64,000 nucleotides of DNA from Eledone cirrhosa (Eukaryota). The DNA is taken from NCBI GenBank assembly GCA_964016885.1, contig OZ024743.1:322276001-322340000 (forward strand), written 5' to 3'. Position numbers and translations under genes: made by a program. This document shows positions 55,142 through 64,000 of this stretch, piece after piece; position 1 is the stretch's first letter, and each line of letters opens with the position of its first letter. Below the pieces are notes generated by a model that was not told the DNA's origin, made no database searches, and saw only the letters and a list, made by a program, of their open reading frames with translations.

Positions 55142-57289
55142 TCGATCTTGGTCTTTAACTTGGAGATACAGTAAAACACACTTACGCACCTCGATCAGGG
55201 TCCTTAACTTGGAGCTAGAGTAAAACACACTTACCCAACTCGATCTTGGTCGTTAACTTGGATCTACAATAAAATGCACTTACCCACTACTATCTGGGTC
55301 CATAACTTGGAGCTACAGTAAAAGACACTTACCCACCTCGATCTGGGTCCTTAACTTGGAGCTACAGTATAAGACCACCTATGGTCCCTTAACTTTGAGC
55401 TAGAGTAAAACACATTTACCCACCTCGATCTGGGTCCTTAACTTGGAGCTACAGTAAAACACACTTACCCACCTTGATCTGGGTCCTTAACTTGGAGCTA
55501 GAGTAAAACACACTTACCCACCTGGATCTGGGTCCTTAACTTGGAGCTACAGTAAATGACAGTTACCCACCTCGATCTGGGTCCTTAAATTGGAGCTACG
55601 ATAAAACACACTTACCCACCTAGATCTGGGTCCTTAACTTGGAACTACAGTAAAACACCCTTACCCACATTGATCTGGGTACGTAACTTGGAACTACTGT
55701 AAAACACTCTTACTCATCTCGATCTGGGTCCTTAACTTCGAGCTACTGTAAAACACACTTACTCATCTCGATCTGGGTCCTTAACTTGGAGCTACAGTAA
55801 AAGACACTTACCCACCTCGTCTGGGTCCTTAACTTGGAGCTACAGTAAAAGACACTTACCCACCTCGATCTGGGTCCTTAACTTGGAGCTACGATAAAAC
55901 ACACTTACCCACCTCGATCAGGGTCGTTAACTTGGAACTACAGTAAAACATATTACCCACCTCGATCTGCGCCCTTAACTTGGATCTACATTAAAATGCA
56001 CTTACCCACTACTATCTGGATCCATAACTTGGAGCTACAGTAAAAGACACTTACCCACCTCGATCAGGGTCCTTAACTTGGAGCTACAGTAAAAGACACT
56101 TACCCACCTTGATCCGGGTCCTTAACTTGGAGCTAGAGTAATACACTTACCCACCTCTATCTGGGACCTTAACTTGGAGCTACAATAAAACACACTTACC
56201 CACTTCAATCTGGTTCCTTAACTTGGAGCTACAGTAAAACACACTTACCCACCTCGATCAGGGTCCTTCACTTGGAGCTAGAGTAAAACACACTTACCCA
56301 CCTTGATCTGGGTCCTTAACTTGGAGCTACAGTAAAAGACAGTTACCGACATCAATCTGGGTCCTTAACTTGGAGCTACGATAAAACACACTTACCCACC
56401 TCGATCTGGGTCCTTAACTTGGAACTACAGGAAAACATATTACCCACCTCCGTCTGGGTCCTTAATTTGGGGCTACAGTAAAAGACACTTACTCATCTCG
56501 ATCTGGGTCCTTAACTTGGAGCTACAGTAAAAGACCCTTTCCCACCTCGATCTGGGTCCTTAACTTGGAGCTACAGTAAAAGACACTTACCCACCTCAAT
56601 CTGGGTCCTTAACTTGAGCTACGATAAAACACACTTACCGACCTCGATCAGGGTCGTTAACTTGGAACTACAGTAAAACATATTACCCACCTCGAACTGG
56701 GTCCTTAACTTGGAGCTACAGTAAAACACCCTTATTCACCTCGATCTGGGTCCTTCACTTGGAGCTAGAGTAAAAAACACTTACCCACCTCAATCTGATT
56801 CATTAACTTGGAGCTACAGTAAAAGACACTTACCCACCTCGATCTGGGTCCTTAACTTGGAGCTACAGTAAAAGACACTTACCCACCTTGATCCGGGTAC
56901 TTAACTTGAAGCTACAATAAAAGAGACTTACCCACCTTGATCTGGCTCCTTTACTTGGTGCTAAAGTAAAACACACTTACCCACCTTGATCTGGGTCCTT
57001 AACTTGGAGCTACAGTAAAAGACACTTACCCACCTCGATCCGGGTCCTTAACTTGGAGCTTCAGTAAAAGACACTTACCCGCCTTGATCTGGGTCTTTAA
57101 CTTGGAGCTACAGTAAAAGACACTTACCCACCTCGATCTGGGTCCTTAACTTGGAGCTACGATAAAACGCTCTTACCCACCTCGATTTGGGTCGTTAACT
57201 TGGAACTACAGTAAAACATATTACCCACCTTCATCTGGGTCCTTAACTTGGAGCTAGAGTAAAACACACTTACTCACATCGAGCTGGGT

Positions 57290-60200
57290 CCTTAACTTGG
57301 AGCTACAGTAAAAGAAACTTACCCACCTAGATCTGTGTCCTTAACTTCGAGCTACAATAAAAGAGACTTACCCATTTTGATCTGGCTACTTTACTTGGTA
57401 CTAAAGTAAAACACACTTACCCACCTCGATCTGGGTCCTAAACATGGAGCTACAGTAAAACACACTTACCCACCTCGATCTGGGTCCTTAACTTGGAGCT
57501 ACAGTAAAACACACTTATCGACCTCGATCTGGGTCCTTAACTTAGAGCTACAGTAAAAGACACTTACCTACCACGATCTGGGTCCTTAACTTGGAGCTAC
57601 AGGAAAACACACTTACCCACATTGATCTGGGTCTTTAACTTGGAGCTACAGTAAAAGAAACTTACCCACCTCGATCTGGGTCCTTAAATTGGAGCTACAG
57701 TAAAAGACACTTACCCACTTCTATCTGGATTCTTAACTTGGAGCTACCGTAAAAGACACTTAACCACCTTGATCTAGGTCCTTAACTTGGAGCTACAGTA
57801 AAAGACAACTACCCCCCTCGATCTTGAACTTTAATTTGGAGCTACAGTAAAAGACACTTACCCACCTCGATCTGAGTTCTTAACTTGGAGCTACAGTAAA
57901 AGACACTTACCCACCTCGATCTGGGTCCTTAACTTCGAGTTACAGTAAAACACCCTTACTCACATTGATCTGGGTACGTAACTTGGAACTACAGTAAAAC
58001 ATATTTCCCACCTCGATCTGGGTCCTTAACCTGGAGGTACAATAAAACACACTTACCCACCTTGATCTTGGTCCTTAACATGGAGCTAGAGTAAAACACA
58101 CTTACCCACCTCGATCTGGGTCCTTAACTTGGAGCTACAGTAAAAGACACTTAACCACCTTGATCTAGGTCCTTAACTTGGAGCTACAGTAAAAGACACT
58201 TAACCACCTTGATCTAGGTCCTTAACTTGGAGCTACAGTAAAACACCCTTACCCACATTGATCTGGGTCCTTAACTTGGAGCTTCAGTAAAAGACACTTA
58301 CCCGCCTCGATCTGGGTCTTTAACTTGGAGCTACAGTAAAAGAAACTTACCCACCTCGATCTGGGTCCTTAACTTGGAGCTACGATAAAACGCATTTACC
58401 CACCTTGATCTGGGTCGTTAACTTGGAACTACAGTAAAACATATTACCCACCTTGAACTGGGTCCTTAAATTTGAGCTACATTAAAACACACTTACTCAC
58501 CTCGATCTGGGTCCTTAACTTGGAGCTACAGTAAAAGACACTTACCAACTTCGATCTGGGTCCTTAACTTGGAGCTAGAGTAGAACACTTACCCACCTCG
58601 ATCTGGGTCCTTAACTTAGAGGTACAATAAAACACACTTACCCACCTCGATCTGGGTCCTTAACATGGAGCTACAGTAAAACACACTTACACACCTCGAT
58701 CTGGGTCCTTAACTTGGAGCTAAAGTAAAACACACTTACCGACCTCGATCTGGGTCCTTAACTTAGAGCTACAGTAAAAGACACTTACCCACCACGATCT
58801 AGGTCCTTCACTTGGAGCTACAGGAAAACACACTTACCCACATCTATCTGGGCCCTTGATTGGAGCTACAGTAAAAGACACTTACCCACCTCTATCTGGG
58901 TCCTTAACTTGGAGCTACGATAAAATACACTTACCCACCTCTATCCGGGTCCTTAACTTGGAGCTACAGTAAAAGACACTTACCCAACTCGATCTGGGTC
59001 CTTAACTTGGAGCTACAGTAAAAGACACTTACCCACCTTGATCTGGGTCCTTAACTTGGAGCTAGAGTAAAAGACACTTACCCACCTCTATCTGGGTCCT
59101 TAACTTGGAGCTACAGTAAAACACCCTTACCCACATTGATCTGGGTACGTAACTTGGAACTACAGTAAAACATATTACCCACCTCGATCTGGGTCCTTAA
59201 ATTGGAGCTACAGTAAAAGACACTTACACACCTCTATCTGGATTCTTTACTTGGAGCTACCGTAAAAGACACTTACCCACCTTGATCTGGGTACTAAACT
59301 AGGAGCTACAGTAAAAGACACTTAACCACCTTGATCTAGGTCCTTAACTTGGAGCTACAGTAAAAGACAACTACCCCCCTCGATCTTAGACTTTAACTTG
59401 GAGCTACAGTAAAAGACACTTACCCACAGCGATCAGGGTCCTTAACTTGGAGCTACAATAAAATGCACTCACCCACTACTATCTGGGTCCATAACATGGA
59501 GCTACAGTAAAAGACACTTACCCACCTCGATCTGGGTCCTTAACTTGGAGCTACAGTAAAAGACACTTACCCACCTTGATCTGGGTCCTTAACTTGGAGC
59601 TAGAGTAAAACACTTACCCACCTCGATCTGGGTCCTTAACTTGGAGCTAGACTAAAACACAATTACCCACATCGATCTGGGTCCTTAACTTGGAGCTACA
59701 GTAAAAGACAGTTAACCCCCTCGATCTGGGTCATTAACTTGGAGCTACGACAAAACACACTTACCCACCTCGATCTGGGTCGTTAACTTGGAACTACAGT
59801 AAAACGTATTACCCACCTCGAACTGGGTCCTTAACTTGGACCTACAGTAAAACACACTTACTCACCTCGATCTGGGTCCTTAACTTGGAGCTACAGTAAA
59901 AGACACTTACCCACGTACATCTGGGTCCTTAACTTGGAGCTACAGTAAAAGACACTTACCCACCTCGATGGGGTCCTTAACTTGGAGCTACAGGAAAACA
60001 CACTTACCCACTTGATCTGGGTACATAACTTGGAACTACAGTAAAACATATTACCCACCTCGATCTGTGTCCTTAAATTGGAGCTACAGTAAAAGACACT
60101 TACCCACTTTGATCTGGGTCCTTAACTTGGAGCTACAGTAAAAGACAATTAACCACCTTGATCTAGGTCCTTAACTTGGAGCTACAATAAAATGCACTTA

Positions 60201-63200
60201 CCCACTACTATCTGGGTCCATAACTTGGAGCTACAGTAAAAGACACTTACCCACCTCGATCTGGGTCCTTAACTTGGAGCTACAGTAAAACACCCTTACC
60301 CACATTGATCTGGGTCCTTAACTTGGAGCTTCAGTAAAAGACACTTACCCGCCTCGATCTGGGTCTTTAACTTGGAGCTACAGTAAAAGACACTTACCCA
60401 CCTCGATCTGGGTCCTTAACTTGGAACTACAGTAAAACATATTACCCACCTTGAACTGGGTCCTTAACTTGGAGCTACAGTAAAACACACTTACTCACCT
60501 CGATCTGGGTCATTAACTTGGAGCTACAGTAAAAGACACTTACCCACTTCGATCTGGGTCCTTAACTTGGAGCTAGAGTAAAACACTTACCCACCTCGAT
60601 CTGGGTCCTTAACTTAGAGGTACAATAAAAAAAAACTTACCCACCTCGATCTGGGTCCTTAACATGGAGCTACATTAAAACACACTTACACACCTCGATC
60701 TGGGTCCTTAACTTGGAGCTAAAGTAAAAGACACTTACCCACCACTATCTAGGTCCTTCACTTGGAGCTACAGGAAAACACCCTTACCCACATTGATCTG
60801 GGTACGTAACTTGGAACTACAGTAAAACATATTACACACCTCGATCTGGGTCCTTAAATTGGAGCTACAGTAAAACACACTTACCCACAGCGATCAGGGT
60901 CCTTAACTTGGAGCTACAATAAAATGCACTTACCCACTACTATCTGGGTCCATAACTTGGAGCTACAGTAAAAGACACTTACCCACCTCGATTTGGGTCC
61001 TTAACTTGGAGCTACAGTAAAAGACACTTACCACCTCGATCTGGGTCCTTAACTTGGAGCTACAGTAAAACACACTTACCCACCTCAATCTGGGTCCTTA
61101 ACTTGGAGCTACAGTAAATCATACTTACCCACCTTCATCTGGGTCCTTAACTTGGAGCTACAGTAAAACACACTTACCCACCTCTATCTGAGTCCTTAAC
61201 TTGGAGCTACAGTAAAACACATTTACCCACATCTATCTGGGTCCTTATATTGGAACTACAGTAAAACACACTTACCCACCTGATCTGGGACCTTAAATTG
61301 GAGCTACAGTAAAAGACATTTACCCACATCGATCTGGGTCATTAACTTGGAGCTACAATAAAACAAACTTACCCACATCAATCTGGTTACTTAACTTGGA
61401 GCTACAGTAAAACACACTTACCCACCTCGATCTGGGTCCTTAACTTGGAGCTACAGTAAAAGACAGTTACCCACCTGATCTGGGTCATTAAATTGGAGCT
61501 ACGACAAAACACACTTACCCACCTCGATCCGGGTCGTTAACTTGGAACTACAGTAAAACATATTACCCACCTCGAACTGGGTCCTTAACATGGAGCTACA
61601 GTAAAACACACTTCCTCACCTCGATCTGGGTCCTTAACTTGGAGCTACAGTAAAAGACACTTACCCACCTTGATCTGGCTCCTTAACTTGGAGCTCGAGT
61701 AAAACACTTACCCACCTTGATCTGGGTTCTTAACTTTGAGTTACAATAAAACACACTTACCCACCTCAATCTGGTTCCTTAACTTGGAGCTAGAGTAAAA
61801 CACACTTACCCACCTGATCTGGGTCCTTAACTTGGAACTACAGTAAAACATATTACCCACATCGATCTGGGTCCTAAACTTGGAGCTACAGTAAAAGACA
61901 CTTACCCACCTCGCTCTGGGTCCTTACTTGGAGCTACGATAAAACGCACTTACCCACAATGATCTGGGTCGTTAACTTGGAGTTAAGGTAAAAGACACTT
62001 ACCCACCTTGATCTGGGTCCTTAACTTGGAGCTACAGTAAAATACCCTTACCCACATTGATCTGCGTACGTAACTTGGAACTACAGTTAAACATATTACC
62101 CACCTCGATCTGGGTCCATAAATTGGAGCTACAGTAAAAGACACTTACCCACATCGATCTGGGACCTTAACTTGGAGCTACAGTAAAAGAAACTTACCCA
62201 CCTAGATCTGTGTCCTTAACTTCGAGCTACAATAAAAGAGACTTACCCATTTTGATCTGGCTACTTTACTTGGTACTAAAGTAAAACACACTTACCCACC
62301 TCGATCTGGGTCCTAAACATGGAGCTACAGTAAAACACACTTACCCACCTCGATCTGGGTCCTTAACTTGGAGCTACAGTAAAACACACTTATCGACCTC
62401 GATCTGGGTCCTTAACTTAGAGCTACAGTAAAAGACACTTACCTACCACGATCTGGGTCCTTAACTTGGAGCTACAGGAAAACACACTTACCCACATTGA
62501 TCTGGGTCTTTAACTTGGAGCTACAGTAAAAGAAACTTACCCACCTCGATCTGGGTCCTTAAATTGGAGCTACAGTAAAAGACACTTACCCACTTCTATC
62601 TGGATTCTTAACTTGGAGCTACCGTAAAAGACACTTAACCACCTTGATCTAGGTCCTTAACTTGGAGCTACAGTAAAAGACAACTACCCCCCTCGATCTT
62701 GAACTTTAATTTGGAGCTACAGTAAAAGACACTTACCCACCTCGATCTGAGTTCTTAACTTGGAGCTACAGTAAAAGACACTTACCCACCTCGATCTGGG
62801 TCCTTAACTTCGAGTTACAGTAAAACACCCTTACTCACATTGATCTGGGTACGTAACTTGGAACTACAGTAAAACATATTTCCCACCTCGATCTGGGTCC
62901 TTAACCTGGAGGTACAATAAAACACACTTACCCACCTTGATCTTGGTCCTTAACATGGAGCTAGAGTAAAACACACTTACCCACCTCGATCTGGGTCCTT
63001 AACTTGGAGCTACAGTAAAAGACACTTAACCACCTTGATCTAGGTCCTTAACTTGGAGCTACAGTAAAAGACACTTAACCACCTTGATCTAGGTCCTTAA
63101 CTTGGAGCTTCAGTAAAAGACACTTACCCGCCTCGATCTGGGTCTTTAACTTGGAGCTACAGTAAAAGAAACTTACCCACCTCGATCTGGGTCCTTAACT

Positions 63201-64000
63201 TGGAGCTACGATAAAACGCATTTACCCACCTTGATCTGGGTCGTTAACTTGGAACTACAGTAAAACATATTACCCACCTTGAACTGGGTCCTTAAATTTG
63301 AGCTACATTAAAACACACTTACTCACCTCGATCTGGGTCCTTAACTTGGAGCTACAGTAAAAGACACTTACCAACTTCGATCTGGGTCCTTAACTTGGAG
63401 CTAGAGTAGAACACTTACCCACCTCGATCTGGGTCCTTAACTTAGAGGTACAATAAAACACACTTACCCACCTCGATCTGGGTCCTTAACATGGAGCTAC
63501 AGTAAAACACACTTACACACCTCGATCTGGGTCCTTAACTTGGAGCTAAAGTAAAACACACTTACCGACCTCGATCTGGGTCCTTAACTTAGAGCTACAG
63601 TAAAAGACACTTACCCACCACGATCTAGGTCCTTCACTTGGAGCTACAGGAAAACACACTTACCCACATCTATCTGGGCCCTTGATTGGAGCTACAGTAA
63701 AAGACACTTACCCACCTCTATCTGGGTCCTTAACTTGGAGCTACGATAAAATACACTTACCCACCTCTATCCGGGTCCTTAACTTGGAGCTACAGTAAAA
63801 GACACTTACCCAACTCGATCTGGGTCCTTAACTTGGAGCTACAGTAAAAGACACTTACCCACCTTGATCTGGGTCCTTAACTTGGAGCTAGAGTAAAAGA
63901 CACTTACCCACCTCTATCTGGGTCCTTAACTTGGAGCTACAGTAAAACACCCTTACCCACATTGATCTGGGTACGTAACTTGGAACTACAGTAAAACATA
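57290..64000. repeat. Higher-order tandem duplication D6: unit about 4875 bp, second copy starts near 62165 and is cut by the window end
   Basis: atctgtgtcc at 57331/62206 (offset 4875) and tagaacactt at 58581/63407 (4826, after loss of one monomer). The window end at 64000 matches 59174. Confidence 0.88.

Larger units (their letters stand above)
50740..55370. repeat. Higher-order tandem duplication D5: unit about 2.3 kb
   Basis: cacatcaatc at 50784/53089 (offset 2305) and cttggtcgttaacttggatc at 52951/55245 (2294). Each copy has its own internal 3-monomer duplication. Confidence 0.87.
1..64000. repeat. 49-bp tandem satellite array, about 1,300 head-to-tail monomers, extending past both window edges
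   Basis: AGCT at 1 recurs at 50, 99 and onward (period 49). The consensus GGAGCTACAGTAAAA(C/G)ACACTTACCCACCTCGATCTGGGTCCTTAACTT is seen exactly at 341-389. No inverted monomer or non-repeat insertion was seen in any line. Most monomers differ from consensus by only a few substitutions or 1-2 bp indels. Confidence 0.99.

Noticed and set aside
1-64000. CRISPR-like array or a repeat/variable-cassette system
   Set aside because: There are no unique spacers. The whole 49 bp is repeated, variation is limited to point changes and small indels, and no cas or other genes are present.
1-64000. Telomerase-type telomeric repeat (C-rich CACACTTACCCACC core, C-over-G strand skew)
   Set aside because: The unit is much longer than telomerase-templated repeats I know. 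Variants are inherited in multi-kb blocks, which indicates recombinational amplification. A subtelomeric location is not excluded.
1-64000. Giant repetitive protein gene, spliced or unspliced
   Set aside because: The consensus has stops on both strands (TTAA gives TAA in both directions), and the 49-bp period brings them into every frame. The hypothetical spliced product also hits TAA within three units.
1-64000. The C/G dimorphism (aaaaCacac versus aaaaGacac) as a regular dimer or coded pattern
   Set aside because: No strict alternation was visible by eye. Runs of either allele follow the duplication blocks.

Overview
The whole 64-kb window is one uninterrupted, head-to-tail tandem array of a 49-bp monomer. 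The + strand consensus is GGAGCTACAGTAAAA(C/G)ACACTTACCCACCTCGATCTGGGTCCTTAACTT (about 47% GC), and 64000/49 gives roughly 1,300 copies, all in one orientation. It reads as eukaryotic-type satellite DNA, but I do not recognise the family or organism. I find no credible genes, RNA genes, mobile elements or CRISPR spacers. The five supplied ORFs are chance read-throughs of the repeat. The real information is in how monomer variants are arranged. There are at least six recent, near-identical multi-kb tandem duplications (about 4.6/4.4, 5.8, 2.24, 2.1, 2.3 and 4.9 kb), nested 3-, 4-, 7- and 9-monomer duplications, and a shift between two variant subfamilies around 14.6-23 kb. An ordered cassette of variants recurs, and one variant monomer carries an expanding poly-C run. 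The - strand of every monomer carries a near-consensus splice donor followed by an acceptor-like motif, which is intriguing but speculative. I cannot support a claim of a new biological system from this sequence alone. All alignments were done by eye using diagnostic variants, so breakpoints are uncertain by up to about one monomer.
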